A stretch of 64,000 nt of DNA, taken from positions 416,001 to 480,000 of the forward strand of contig CAWDKY010000017.1 in the NCBI GenBank assembly GCA_963802945.1, read 5' to 3'. This stretch comes from an uncultured delta proteobacterium. Lineage in GTDB: Bacteria > Desulfobacterota > RBG-13-43-22. The position numbers were made by a program, and so were the translations under genes. How positions within the stretch are numbered: position 1 is the first letter of the stretch; every line of letters begins with the position of its first letter. The notes under the pieces were generated by a model. The model was not told the origin of the DNA and did no database searches. It saw only the letters and a list, made by a program, of their open reading frames with translations. Positions 48,168 through 59,671 of this stretch are shown here, one piece after another.

Positions 48168-49886
48168 ATGTTTTATTCCCAATTGTATGTCCCCACTTTA
48201 AGGGAAAAACCGACCGAAGCAGAAATCATCAGTCACCAGTTGATGCTTCGGGCTGGATTTATTCGAAAACTAACTTCCGGGATTTATAGTTTTCTGCCTT
48301 TGGGGGTGAGATCCCTTAGGAAGATGGAGGCCATTGTTCGAGAAGAGATGAACCGGGCCGGGGCCCAGGAGGTTTTGCTGCCCGCTCTTCAGCCAGCCGA
48401 GATCTGGCAGGAAAGCGGCCGCTGGGATAAATACGGCCATGAGTTGTTTCGATTTCAGGACCGGCATAATCATGATTACTGTCTGGGACCTACTCATGAG
48501 GAGGTGATTACCGATCTCGTTCGTCATGAAGTCCGCTCCTATAGACAACTGCCGGTTAATCTCTATCAGATCCAGACTAAATTTCGTGATGAGATACGCC
48601 CCCGCTTTGGTTTGATGCGGGGCCGGGAATTCGGGATGAAGGACGGTTACAGTTTCGACCGGGATGAGGAAGGGGCCGGAAAGACCTATCAGAAAATGTT
48701 TGAGGCCTACCAACGGATATTTACCCGCTGCGGCCTTCAGTTTAAGGCCGTGGAAGCCGACAGCGGGGCCATCGGCGGCAGTTATTCCCATGAGTTTATG
48801 GTTCTGGCCGAAAGCGGCGAAGATGCCATCCTGGCCTGTACGGCCTGTAGTTATGCGGCCAATGCGGAACGGGCCGAATCTATAGACCGGTTTCAAGCCG
48901 ATTCTGCCGAAGGTCATAAAGCCCGAGAAAAAAAATCCACTCCGGGCCAAAGGGCCGTGGAAGAAGTGACCCGCTTTCTGTCCATCCCTCCCCAGCGTCT
49001 GGTCAAAACCCTGATCTATCAGACCGAACAAGGGCCGGTGGCCGTTTTAGTCCGGGGGGACCAGGAGGTCAATGAAACCAAGTTGTCCAAGGCTTTGGAT
49101 TGTAAGGAACTGACCCTGGCCGACGGATTACAGGTCCAGGAACTGACCGGTGCGCCGGTGGGTTTTGCCGGCGCTGTCGGCCTTTCCATTCCGCTCTGGG
49201 CGGATAACACTATTCGAGGTCTTAAAAATTTTGTCATGGGAGGTAACGAGGCGGATGTCCATTGGATAAACTTGAACTGGGAGAGGGATGTGCCTCTTCC
49301 CCTCTGGGCGGATTTGAGACAAGTGTTGCCCGGTGAGCCCTGTCCAAGATGTCAATCTTCCCTGAACAGTTATCGGGGGATCGAAGTGGGGCACGTTTTT
49401 AAGTTGGGAGACAAGTATTCCCGTTCCATGAAAGCCGTTTTCCTGGATGAACAGGGCCGGGAGCAATTTATGATTATGGGTTGTTTCGGCATCGGGGTGG
49501 GCCGGACCATGGCAGCAGCCATAGAGCAGAACCACGATAAGGATGGTATCATCTGGCCCATGGCCCTGGCTCCTTTTCAGATCATACTATCTCCGGTTGA
49601 ATGGAGTCCGGGATCTGAAACTCATCAATTGGCCCTGGTCATTTATGAAGAACTGAAGCGGTTGGGGATCGAGGTCCTGTTGGATGATCGTCCGGAAAGA
49701 CCGGGGATTAAATTCAAAGATGCCGATTTGATCGGCATCCCCGTACGGGTGACGATTGGGCCTAAAGGCCTGGCCGAGGGAATAGTTGAGGTCCGTGAAA
49801 GACGTACCGGCCAAGTGCAAAAAGTACCGAAGGACCAGGTGGTCCAAATGATCCGGAAAATGGTCTCTCAGGCCTTAAAGGTCTAA
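48168..49886 (+). CDS. proS: Proline--tRNA ligase
   Basis: SHQLMLRAG, LGPTHEE, KFRDEIRPRFG, GIEVGHVFKLG. Confidence 0.97.
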   Translation: MFYSQLYVPTLREKPTEAEIISHQLMLRAGFIRKLTSGIYSFLPLGVRSLRKMEAIVREEMNRAGAQEVLLPALQPAEIWQESGRWDKYGHELFRFQDRHNHDYCLGPTHEEVITDLVRHEVRSYRQLPVNLYQIQTKFRDEIRPRFGLMRGREFGMKDGYSFDRDEEGAGKTYQKMFEAYQRIFTRCGLQFKAVEADSGAIGGSYSHEFMVLAESGEDAILACTACSYAANAERAESIDRFQADSAEGHKAREKKSTPGQRAVEEVTRFLSIPPQRLVKTLIYQTEQGPVAVLVRGDQEVNETKLSKALDCKELTLADGLQVQELTGAPVGFAGAVGLSIPLWADNTIRGLKNFVMGGNEADVHWINLNWERDVPLPLWADLRQVLPGEPCPRCQSSLNSYRGIEVGHVFKLGDKYSRSMKAVFLDEQGREQFMIMGCFGIGVGRTMAAAIEQNHDKDGIIWPMALAPFQIILSPVEWSPGSETHQLALVIYEELKRLGIEVLLDDRPERPGIKFKDADLIGIPVRVTIGPKGLAEGIVEVRERRTGQVQKVPKDQVVQMIRKMVSQALKV

Positions 49887-50014
49887 AGATGTCAGGAAAC
49901 GTGAAAAGGATTCAAGTGAATGGCATGGAAGTAAAAAGCCTTGAACGTCTCGGCTGAGCTCGTCGCAGGCCCTCGAATCCTTGAATCCTCGAACCCTATT
50001 TTTTTGCGAAACCT

Positions 50015-52171
50015 ATGATTCGTATCAATACTATCATCGACCAGCTCTTATCTTACTGGCCACAGGCCGATATTGATTTGATTCAAAAAGCCTATGTCTT
50101 CTCAGCCAAAGTGCATGAGGGACAGGTACGGTTGTCAGGGGAAGCTTACCTCTCGCATCCCCTGGAAGTGGCCTGGTTATTGACCCAGATGAAGCTGGAT
50201 CAAGTAACCATCGCCGCCGGATTGCTTCACGACACTATTGAGGATACTCTAGCTACAGCAGAAATCATCGAGGAAAAATTCGGGCCGGAGATCCTGCACA
50301 TTGTCAACGGGGTGACCAAGATCAGTGCCATTCATTTCCAAAGCCAGGAAGAACACCAAGCCGAGAATATTCGGAAAATGATCCTGGCCATGTCGGACGA
50401 TATACGAGTCATCCTGGTCAAATTAACCGATCGTTTGCACAATATGCGGACCTTGGGGTTTCAAACCCCGGAAAAGCAGAAGGCCATTGCCCAGGAGACT
50501 TTGGATATTTATGCTCCTATTTCGGCCCGGCTGGGCATGCATCGTATACAGACCGAATTGGAAGATCTCTGCCTCTATTATCTGGAACCAGCGGCCTATC
50601 AGACCATTAAGGACGGCGTGGCCAAAAAACGTGAGGAACGGGAGCGATATATCCGGGAGGTCAAGGAACTGCTTCAGGACAAGATGGGCTCGGCTCATCT
50701 CTCCTGCCGTTTGGAGGGACGTCCCAAGCATTTCTACAGTATTTATAAAAAGATGATCAACCAGAATCTGGATATCAGCCAGTTATATGATCTGATCGCC
50801 TTCCGGGTTATCGTCAAAGAGGTAGCCGAATGTTATGAAGCCCTGGGGCTTATTCATTCTCTCTGGAAACCGATTCCCGGAAAGTTTAATGACCACATCA
50901 GTCTGCCCAAGGCCAACCGTTATCAATCCCTTCACACTAAGGTCATCGGCCCTTTCGGGGAGCGGATCGAGATTCAGATTCGAACCGAAGAAATGCACCG
51001 GGTGGCCGAAGAAGGGATTGCTTCCCATTGGCAATACAAAGAAGGGCAGCCCCTCGATGAAACCGATGCCAAAAAATTCAATTGGGTCCGACAGCTTTTA
51101 GATTCTCAGAAGGTGCAAGATCCAAGGGAGTTTCTGGAATCGGTTCGTATCGATCTATTCCCCGACGAGGTCTATGTTTTTACACCGCAAGGCCAAGTTA
51201 AAATGCTGCCCAAAGGGTCCACTCCCATCGATTTTGCCTATGCCGTCCATACCGATGTGGGTCACCGTTGCTCCGGGGCCCGAGTGAACAAAAAGATGGT
51301 TCCCTTGCGCACGACGCTTCAGCATGGAGACGTAGTGGAAATCATCACCTCGGCCGGTCATCTCCCAAGTAAGGATTGGCTCAAACTCGTCAAGACTTCC
51401 AAAGCCAAAAACCGGATCAGACAATGGCTCAAAGTCGAAGAACGGAAGCGTTCTATTGATATCGGCAAGGATCTATTGGAGAAGGAACTCCGGAAGAACC
51501 AATTAAGCGTCAGCCAGCAAATGAAGAGCGATTCCTTGCTTCGCGTAGCCCAGAAACTGTCTTTTCAGAAGGTCGAAGACCTGCTGGCCGCTATCGGGTT
51601 CGGCGAGATTTCAATTCGCCAAGTCGTTCACCGAATGATGCCGAAAGAAGCCTTAGAGGAAAAGATCGAGGAGGAATCCCTGGCTTTCCCCTTGCGGAAA
51701 CATCCTCTGAAAGAAAAAGGGGGGGTTTTGATTCGGGGAGTTCAGGATGTGATGACGCGTTTTGCCAAGTGTTGCACACCTCTTCCCGGAGATGAAGTGG
51801 TGGGGTTTATCACCCGAGGGAGAGGGATTACCGTCCATGCCAGGTTTTGTCCTCAGGTGGTTATGGCAGACCCTGAGAGACTGGTCGAGGTTCAATGGGA
51901 CACCTCTGAAAAAACCAAGGCCCTCTATCCGGTCAAGATCGAGGTTTGGTCCAACGATAAGGCGGGGATGCTGGCGGAAGTCAGTACGGCCATCACTTCG
52001 GCCGAATCGAATATCTTAAGGGCCAATGCCATCACAACCACCGACAAAAAGGCTTTTTATCAGTTTATTATCGAAGTCAGCGATACCCTTCATTTGCAAA
52101 CCGTGATGAACAACCTGAAAACAATTAAAGGAGTTATCAATGTCATCCGCTCTTTTGAAAAAAATATCTGA
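50015..52171 (+). CDS. spoT: Bifunctional (p)ppGpp synthetase/hydrolase
   Basis: Intact HD motif (LLHDTIED), DRLHNMRTL, YQSLHT, TGS and ACT domains. Confidence 0.95.
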   Translation: MIRINTIIDQLLSYWPQADIDLIQKAYVFSAKVHEGQVRLSGEAYLSHPLEVAWLLTQMKLDQVTIAAGLLHDTIEDTLATAEIIEEKFGPEILHIVNGVTKISAIHFQSQEEHQAENIRKMILAMSDDIRVILVKLTDRLHNMRTLGFQTPEKQKAIAQETLDIYAPISARLGMHRIQTELEDLCLYYLEPAAYQTIKDGVAKKREERERYIREVKELLQDKMGSAHLSCRLEGRPKHFYSIYKKMINQNLDISQLYDLIAFRVIVKEVAECYEALGLIHSLWKPIPGKFNDHISLPKANRYQSLHTKVIGPFGERIEIQIRTEEMHRVAEEGIASHWQYKEGQPLDETDAKKFNWVRQLLDSQKVQDPREFLESVRIDLFPDEVYVFTPQGQVKMLPKGSTPIDFAYAVHTDVGHRCSGARVNKKMVPLRTTLQHGDVVEIITSAGHLPSKDWLKLVKTSKAKNRIRQWLKVEERKRSIDIGKDLLEKELRKNQLSVSQQMKSDSLLRVAQKLSFQKVEDLLAAIGFGEISIRQVVHRMMPKEALEEKIEEESLAFPLRKHPLKEKGGVLIRGVQDVMTRFAKCCTPLPGDEVVGFITRGRGITVHARFCPQVVMADPERLVEVQWDTSEKTKALYPVKIEVWSNDKAGMLAEVSTAITSAESNILRANAITTTDKKAFYQFIIEVSDTLHLQTVMNNLKTIKGVINVIRSFEKNI

Positions 52172-52201
52172 GGAGTGATCCTTCTCCCGATCCCAAGCTA
52201 T

Positions 52202-52393
52202 TTATACGGCCCGGGTTACCTTCCCCGAACGTAGACATCGGGTACAGACATTGATCCGCTTAACCGCTCCCTGATGAACGGCCTTGATTTGTTGGAGATT
52301 GGGACTCCAGCGTTTATAGGTCTTGTTGTTGGCATGGCTGACGTTGTGCCCGACTTGGTGGCCTTTGCCGCAAATACTACATACCTTGGCCAT
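52202..52393 (-). CDS. rpmB: 50S ribosomal protein L28
   Basis: [35 protein letters not shown]. Confidence 0.96.
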   Translation of the reverse strand: MAKVCSICGKGHQVGHNVSHANNKTYKRWSPNLQQIKAVHQGAVKRINVCTRCLRSGKVTRAV

Positions 52394-52527
52394 GGTTACT
52401 CCTTTCAATGGAAAAAATAGGTTCAAGGTACAAGGTTTGAGGTTCAAGAAAAGCCTTAGGCCTTATACCGTTATTGTTGTTACTATCAATTTCTCAAATT
52501 TTTTACTCGTTCCTCATCCCTCTTCCC

Positions 52528-53562
52528 TTATACCCACTCAATAGGTATTTCCGGATGGGTACGGGGAACGACTTCTCCAATTGAAAAACATTTTTCCCCT
52601 GAGCCTTCCAGTCGGGAAATGATTTCCTGGGTCCAGCCATCAGGAACGACGAGTATCATCCCCAGGCCGTTGTTGAACACCTGATGCATTTCCTTTTCCG
52701 ATACATTGCCCAGTCGTTTGATCAAGGAAAATATCGGGGGAATCTTCCAGGAGTCACGTATAATCCTTGCCCGGCATTCGGACGGCAGGATTCGGGGCAG
52801 ATTTTCGGTAATGCCTCCTCCGGTAATATGGGCCATGCCTTTTACCGGATAGTCTTTGATTAAAGAAAGGATAGACGGGACATAAATCCGGGTCGGTTTA
52901 AGCAGTTCCTTTCCCAAGTCTGTACCCAATTCCGGAATGGACTCTTTGGGGTTCATTCTCAAATCTTCAAAAAAGATTCTCCGGACCAGGGAAAACCCGT
53001 TGCTGTGCAGGCCGCTGGATGCCAGCCCGATGATTCGGTCCCCTGGTGCGATCTTGGAACCGTTTATAATCTTATCTTTTTCAACGATTCCCACCACAAA
53101 TCCAGCCAGATCATATTCGCCGACCGCATACATTCCCGGCATCTCGGCTGTTTCACCACCGAGCAGGGCGCACCCGGCCTGCCTGCATCCGTTTACAATC
53201 CCTTCGATGACGGCGGTCTGAGTTTCCAAGTCCAATCGCCCGGCGGCCATGTAATCCAGGAAAAAAAGAGGCCGGGCCCCTTGGACAATGATATCATTGA
53301 CGCTCATGGCCACCAAATCGATCCCAACCGTTTCATGTTGATTGAGCAGTTGGGCAATCTTTAATTTGGTCCCCACCCCGTCGGTGGAAGAAACCAGGAC
53401 CGGTTGGGAATACGCCGAGGGGTCCAGACGGAATAGACCGCTGAATCCGCCGATATCGGTGATGACCTCAGGTGAGAAAGTCTGACGGATCAGGGGTTTT
53501 ATCCGGTCAACAAAGGCATTTCCCAGATTAATATCCACACCTGCTTTTTGGTATAAATCCAT
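52528..53562 (-). CDS. purM: AIR synthase
   Basis: AGVDI, STDGVGTK, GGETAEMPG, SSGLHSNGFSL, HITGGG. Confidence 0.97.
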   Translation of the reverse strand: MDLYQKAGVDINLGNAFVDRIKPLIRQTFSPEVITDIGGFSGLFRLDPSAYSQPVLVSSTDGVGTKLKIAQLLNQHETVGIDLVAMSVNDIIVQGARPLFFLDYMAAGRLDLETQTAVIEGIVNGCRQAGCALLGGETAEMPGMYAVGEYDLAGFVVGIVEKDKIINGSKIAPGDRIIGLASSGLHSNGFSLVRRIFFEDLRMNPKESIPELGTDLGKELLKPTRIYVPSILSLIKDYPVKGMAHITGGGITENLPRILPSECRARIIRDSWKIPPIFSLIKRLGNVSEKEMHQVFNNGLGMILVVPDGWTQEIISRLEGSGEKCFSIGEVVPRTHPEIPIEWV

Positions 53563-53848
53563 AATACCCTTCGTATGTTTTAGTTAACCGGACCTTTGGC
53601 CGGTGCAAAGTTCTGATATTTAAACTATATATTATATTAAAAATTAAAAAAAATGTCAAATAAGAAAATGGTCTTGCTTGTCGAGTATTTTTTTTAAGGG
53701 GAGAGGATCTGAGGATTCAACGCATTGTTTTTCCAAAGAGTGTTTTTGGTAATATCATCAGGATGCTTCTTTCCTTGACTCTCTTTTTCTCGCTCGTTAA
53801 AATTCATTAAGAGGTAAAAAAGGTACAAAACGCAAGGGGAGGGTAAGT

Positions 53849-54538
53849 ATGCTGAAAATTGGACACCGCGGGGCTATGGGCTATGCTCCCGAAAACACCC
53901 TGACCTCATTTGCCAAGGCCCTGGAACTTGGTGTTGATGGGATAGAACTGGATGTCCACCTCTGCAGAAGCGGAGAATTGGTTGTCATTCATGACGGGCG
54001 TGTGGACCGCACAACCAACGGAAAAGGGTATGTGATCGATATGACGCTCGAAGAGCTAAAAAAACTGGACGCAGGTAAAAGCCAACGCATACCAATGCTT
54101 TCGGAAGTCCTCGATTTTGTGAACCGGCGCGCTCTCATTGATATAGAGCTGAAGGCTGAAGGGATCAGCATGTCTGTAGCAGAGGTGGTGCGTAAATACA
54201 TCCAAGAGTTCGGATGGAAAAATGACCTGTTCATGATCTCATCCTTCGATCACCATGAACTGATGCGCTGTCACGATATGATCCCCGAGGTTCCCTTCGG
54301 CCCGTTAATCGGCGCCAAACCCTTGGATTACGCCTTTTTTGCCCAATCCATGAAGGCAGATACAATCATGCCTTTCTATGAGTTCCTGAATGGCGAATTT
54401 GTTCAGGATGCTCATCGGAGGGGCTTGAAAGTCGTTACTTGGACCGTTAACCGACCCGATGATATAAAAAAAATGTTGAGTATTGGAGTGGATGGCATCA
54501 TAAGCAACTATCCTGATCGCCTTAGGGAAAATAAATAA
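53849..54538 (+). CDS. Glycerophosphodiester phosphodiesterase
   Basis: GHRGA..PENT, IELDV, HD..VDRTT, WTVN, GIISNYP. Confidence 0.93.
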   Translation: MLKIGHRGAMGYAPENTLTSFAKALELGVDGIELDVHLCRSGELVVIHDGRVDRTTNGKGYVIDMTLEELKKLDAGKSQRIPMLSEVLDFVNRRALIDIELKAEGISMSVAEVVRKYIQEFGWKNDLFMISSFDHHELMRCHDMIPEVPFGPLIGAKPLDYAFFAQSMKADTIMPFYEFLNGEFVQDAHRRGLKVVTWTVNRPDDIKKMLSIGVDGIISNYPDRLRENK

Positions 54539-54686
54539 AAAACAAAAAATGTTGTACCAGCTTACCAAATCTTCGCAAAAATTCTTCACGATCCTCATTG
54601 TTTCGGAATATTTTGCTCCGTTCTACTGCCCTGGTAATAATATGGTGTAAAGTACCGTGTATGCCTATGTTGTCTTGTCTTGGCAT
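54522..54686 (-). pseudogene. REP-associated tyrosine transposase (RAYT) N-terminal fragment
   Basis: MPRQDNIGIHGTLHHIITRAVERSKIFRNNEDREEFLRRFGKLV; REP-like aagggcgtcccc just upstream. Confidence 0.7.
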
Positions 54687-54950
54687 GTATTTTTATTATC
54701 ATACCTCCCGAATATGTAAGTATAAATATATAAAGGGCGTCCCCTTTATTCCATTAATTGAAACTCGGTTGTTAACTTCACCTACTACTGTTTTAAGAAG
54801 AAAGACCAGAAAGTTAACGATTACTGTTTGAACTGTTCAATCCGCCCTACGGTCAGATGATATGGGTCGAAGAGTATTTCCATAGATGGTAAGGTTATGA
54901 AGGCTCCTTCATTTTCCTTTTGAAGAAGTCTCCGGGCGACGTTACTATAA

Positions 54951-54981
54951 AAAAGCCGCCATAGTTTTATATGGCGGCTTT
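54951..54981 (-). terminator. Intrinsic terminator
   Basis: AAAGCCGCCAT..ATGGCGGCTTT hairpin with a U-tract, downstream of the CoA ligase. Confidence 0.8.
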
Positions 54982-55022
54982 GAATTTATCAAGTCAAGCA
55001 ACGTGAAAGTCGTAAGATGATT

Positions 55023-56739
55023 TTACACCGAACGCACCTTTTTGGCCTTGGATTTAAACTCCTCAATTCTTTTTCTGACGGCGATCTTGTCATATTTGCC
55101 GACGCTGGTCTTCGGAACATCGTCGACAAAGGCGACATAAACTGGAAGCATCCACTTGGTAATCTTCCCTTTGTCAACACCCTCTGCCTGAAGGAAAGTG
55201 AGGATATCTTCTTCTTTGTTGTTCGATCCGGGGAGTACCTTGACTAGGGCCATCGGTATTTCGCCCCATTTCTCATCCGGTATGCCGACATAAGTGGCCT
55301 CCAAAACGAAGTCGGCGTTGCTGGTCAAATTCTCCAGAAGGACCGTGGGCACCATTTCGGAGCCGCTTCGGATGACATCGGTTATTCGATCCGCGATGAT
55401 AATATAGCCGTCTTGATCAATTTTGGCCGCATCGCCGGTGTGGAACCATCCGCCCCTCCAGGCAGCGGCCGTTTTCTCCGGATCCTTGTAGTATTGTTCC
55501 GTTATCCAATGGCCGCGCAGGATGATCTCGCCGATCGTCTCGTTATCGTGAGGCACATCCTTGCCGTCTTCAGTTAACGACGCGGGCGTCTATGGCCGGA
55601 AGTATCGGTAAGCCCGTCTTGACTAAGACCTTGTCAATCTCCTCTTTCGGCCAGTTCTCCATGTCCCTTTTTAATACGGCGCCGATAACACCGGCCATGG
55701 TTTCCGACATGCCGTAGCCGGATGCGGCCCTCATATGGGGGAAAAGCTTTTCCGCTTTGTTCTTTAAACCAAGAGGCAGGGCGCCTCCTCCGATGGCTAT
55801 ACTGGTCAGGCTGCTCAGATCCCATTTGTTGAGATCCGGGTATTCAAGCAGCATGGCCAGCATGGTCGGCACCATCACAGCGGAGTTTACTTTTTCATTC
55901 TGAATGAGCTCGCAGAAACTTTCCGGCGTGTATTTGCTCGAGAAAACCAACTTGGCAGCCGCGTGAACCATCATGAACGGCGTTCCCCAGGCATGGATAT
56001 GGAAAAAGGGAATAACCGCGAAAAAATTAGTTTGATTAGGCCGCGGTGGATCGTCAGGTAGCGTTACCGCATTGCCTACCCTTTCGAGTGAATGAATACA
56101 TTGCAGATAGATCTGGCGGTGGGTGTACAAAGCCCCTTTCGGCAGACCGGTCGTGCCGGTGGTGTAATAGAGCGTCGCATGCGTGTCCTCATGCAATTCC
56201 GGCCAATCGAAGGTGGTCGGCTGTTCCTTCAACAACGCCTCGTATTCGTAAAGAGGCTCTATCTTGGTCTTAGGCAGTCCCGGTTTGTCGGACATATAGA
56301 CAAATTTTTTCACAGCCGGCTTGATCCGATCGTATAGGAGTTCGACAAAGGGCATGAGAATTTCATCAAAAAAGATGATGTAATCCTCGGCATGGTTGAT
56401 GACATAGGTCATATGTTCCAGAGACAGCCTGATATTGATGGGGTGAGAAATCGCCCCAATGCCGACGGTGGCAAAAATATTCTCCAGGTGACGATGGTGA
56501 TTAAGCGCCATGGCGCCGACCCGGTCGCCATCCTTCACCCCCAAGGACTTGAGGAGATGGGCATGCTGGCAGGTGCGCGCGTACCATTCCTTCCAGGTGA
56601 ACCGGAAATACTGACCATCGTCGTTCCGGTAGACGACAGCAATGTCATCCGGATACATGCTAAGCGGTTTTTTAACAAAGTTAGTGATCAGAAGCGGGTA
56701 ATTTTTACTGTACTCGGGATAAATGGTCTTTTGGCTCAT
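55023..56739 (-). pseudogene. Fatty-acid--CoA ligase paralog, +1 frameshift near 55575
   Basis: ORFs 55570-56739 and 55023-55556 are colinear with 29809-31542; GTTAACTGAAGAC has one extra base relative to V-x-E-D-G-K. Confidence 0.85.
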
Positions 56740-57215
56740 TTTTTTCTCCTTTTTTATCGTGATGCCTCCTGATGAATTTTTAATAACTAGTTGCTTTTAA
56801 ATAAGATAAGTATATAACAAGGAAAAGACAAGCTCAAGAAGAAAAACAGGGCGAAAAACATGGGAAGAAAGGTGTTTTCTGGTGAAAATGGGACTAGGTA
56901 GGTCTGTACTTTACAATTTGATTACCGTTTGTAATGTGGCATAAAGAGCCAAAATTAAAAAACAACATTTCAGGAAGAAGTCGTCATCTAGACGCTAGGT
57001 GCCTGTAAGGTCAAATTTCTAACTGTCATGATTTTAATCCGATCTTGACCCATTATTAAAGTTTTCCCTCTAGTTCCACTCGGGGCCAAGAATAACGCTC
57101 CCGCTCGGATTTGCCGCAATTCGGTCGAGAAACTCGTGCGGATCAATCGGAAGAAAGGTTAGGTCATCCCAGGCATCGCTTTGTCTATGGACAATACCTG
57201 GGATATCGACCCTAA

Positions 57216-57983
57216 TTAGAATAAGCCGTGCCAACGGATGATCTCCTCGTCCCTAGCCACGCATCCAGTGAGGCCCTTGGCATCTTGTTGAGCCAAAAAA
57301 AGGGCAGCCTTGACCATCTTCTCGGGACCAATCAAACGTGACTTATCGTAGTCGGGGGGTAAATTGAATACAAATCCTTCTGTGGCTACTCCCTGGGCCG
57401 GCTTGTAGCAGTTGACGGCAATGTTATACACACCAAGTTCAGCGGCTAAGCTGCAAGTTAAATGTTCAATCGCCGCCTTGGCCGTACCATAGGCAAGGCC
57501 GGTGACACCATAAACCCGACTGTCTGCTGCTCCGGAACTGGTATTGATGATGCTCCCGCCTTTCTGTTTTATCATGAAGGGAACAACGGCGTGGGTACAA
57601 AGAAAAGTCCCCAAGAGGTTGACACCTATAACCAGATTCCAACGACGAGTCGTCGTCTCCACAAATGGACCTGGGGCTGCGACTGCTGCATTGTTGACCA
57701 GGATATCGATCCTGCCCCACTCATCTATAACCTTTCGAACCATGGCCTCTACCTCGTCCTGGACCAGAACATTAGTCTTTATGGCCAGAGCTTGACCGCT
57801 TAGGGTTTTAATCTCATCGACAGTTTCCAGAATGGTTCCGGATAAACCGGTCTTAAGAGGCTCAAGCGTTCGTCCGACAACCGCTACCTTGGCCCCTTCT
57901 TTGGCAAATTCAATAGCGACCGCCTTGCCGATTCCCCTGCTGGCTCCCGTGACGATGGCTACCTTTCCGTTAAGCTTTCCCAT
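57216..57983 (-). CDS. SDR family oxidoreductase
   Basis: TGASRGIG, NNAA, YGTAK. Confidence 0.92.
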   Translation of the reverse strand: MGKLNGKVAIVTGASRGIGKAVAIEFAKEGAKVAVVGRTLEPLKTGLSGTILETVDEIKTLSGQALAIKTNVLVQDEVEAMVRKVIDEWGRIDILVNNAAVAAPGPFVETTTRRWNLVIGVNLLGTFLCTHAVVPFMIKQKGGSIINTSSGAADSRVYGVTGLAYGTAKAAIEHLTCSLAAELGVYNIAVNCYKPAQGVATEGFVFNLPPDYDKSRLIGPEKMVKAALFLAQQDAKGLTGCVARDEEIIRWHGLF

Positions 57984-58016
57984 AGCAAACTCCTTTCTAT
58001 CTCAGGATTTAATACG

Positions 58017-59456
58017 TTATTTAATACGTTCCAGAAATTCGTGATAACCTATGAAGCGGCTGACGGCTTTGGCCGCGGAAGGTACGCTGGGGTAAACCGG
58101 AAGTCCTGCCTCCAAACACCTTTTTTGAGCCTGAATTACGGCGTTGATCGTATCCGCCCTTCCTCCGGCATAAAGTACTATAACCAAAGGTTTTGACAAT
58201 TGTTTGGAAAGCTTGAGAAGAATGCTGATGGCTTCATCCAGAGACTGGGTCAATTGGCTTCCGATTCCTCCATAGATGTCGATCCCGAGGTGGGTCAATA
58301 TGAAATCGATATTGGGGTCTGCATCTATGGCTTTAAGGCCTTCTTCATAAAAGACAGCCCAGGCGGCCAAACCCCGGTCGGGCTCCACCGGATTCCTGGC
58401 ACTTGTCCCCGCATCGGGAATGAGTTGCTCTAATCGTTTTTGGGTTTCCAGGTGAAATTCAGGGACCTTTAACCCGGCTTTTTCGCACATATCCGTAGCT
58501 ACGACCCCTAATCCGCCGCCCCGTCCCACGATTCCAACGTGCCGTCCGGACGGACGACGAAGGTAGACGAAGGCCATGGCCACGTCAAGCAGCTCCTCCA
58601 GGTCGTCAACACGGATGACTCCCGTCTGTCTGAAAAAAGCGTCCCATATGATTTCAGAACCGGCCAAGGATGCGGTATGAGAAGACGCTGCCCTGCTGCC
58701 GCCTTCGGTGATGCCGGCCTTGAGTACGATCACCGGTTTCTTTCTGTTGCCTTCTCGGATGACCTCGAAATATCTCCGGCCGTCTTTTACACCTTCGATA
58801 TAAGAAGTGACCACCTTGGTCTCCAGATCAGATGAAAGATACTCGATGAAATCCGTACCGTCCAGATCGATGGCATTTCCGTAACTGACAACCTTGCTGA
58901 AATAAATACCCCTTTCAGTACCCTGGGCCACCACTCGGGCGGCTGAGGCCCCGCTCTGGGAAACGAAAGCCACTGGGCCAGGCTTATTCGACAGCAGTCT
59001 GCCGAAGGTGATGCCTCCTTGGGGATAATAAAGCCCCATGCAATTGGGCCCGATCACCCTTACTCCGGCTTGCTTGGCGATGCGCTCTATTTCGTTCTGC
59101 AGCCTGATTCCTTCAGGCTTGCCGGTCTCGCTGAATCCGGCCGTAAAAACATGGGCGAATTTGACCCCTTTAACCACGCAATCGGCCATAATCCGGTCGG
59201 CTATCCTGAAGGGGACATTGAAGATAGCCAGATCCACAGGACCTGGAATATCCCTGATGGAAGGATAGGTCTTAAGCCCCATGATTTCAGTCGCCTTGGG
59301 ATTGATCGGATAGATCGTTCCTTTATAGCCAAAGGCGATCAGTCTGGATACCCAGCCGTCATTTTCCAACGATTCGTTGGAACGGGCGCCGATAACGGCA
59401 ATCGATCTGGGATGAAATATTTCCTCAATCACATTTTTCGATTCTGAATCAGTCAT
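58017..59456 (-). CDS. ADP-forming acyl-CoA synthetase alpha-type (CoA-binding) subunit
   Basis: PRSIAVIGA, GPNCMG, SQSGA, AASSHTASLAG phospho-His motif; no ATP-grasp domain. Confidence 0.88.
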   Translation of the reverse strand: MTDSESKNVIEEIFHPRSIAVIGARSNESLENDGWVSRLIAFGYKGTIYPINPKATEIMGLKTYPSIRDIPGPVDLAIFNVPFRIADRIMADCVVKGVKFAHVFTAGFSETGKPEGIRLQNEIERIAKQAGVRVIGPNCMGLYYPQGGITFGRLLSNKPGPVAFVSQSGASAARVVAQGTERGIYFSKVVSYGNAIDLDGTDFIEYLSSDLETKVVTSYIEGVKDGRRYFEVIREGNRKKPVIVLKAGITEGGSRAASSHTASLAGSEIIWDAFFRQTGVIRVDDLEELLDVAMAFVYLRRPSGRHVGIVGRGGGLGVVATDMCEKAGLKVPEFHLETQKRLEQLIPDAGTSARNPVEPDRGLAAWAVFYEEGLKAIDADPNIDFILTHLGIDIYGGIGSQLTQSLDEAISILLKLSKQLSKPLVIVLYAGGRADTINAVIQAQKRCLEAGLPVYPSVPSAAKAVSRFIGYHEFLERIK

Positions 59457-59671
59457 TCTCGTCCCTTTCAGCCCATAATAAGAAAAAATTTAACACAAGC
59501 CTTAATGGACGTCAAGGCAGCATTAGTCAAAGAATAAAGTTGACATTGACGAACCCGAAAATGATTAAACCAATTTGGGTTTGACTTATCCAACAGGGAA
59601 AGATATACAAAAATGAATGCAGTTCCTTTTAGCTTCTATTTTTTAATTGAAAATATTATTGGAGGAAAACC

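Noticed and set aside
55570-55572. TGA in the CoA ligase as selenocysteine
   Set aside because: Homology to the paralog continues in a different frame, so this is a frameshift rather than readthrough.
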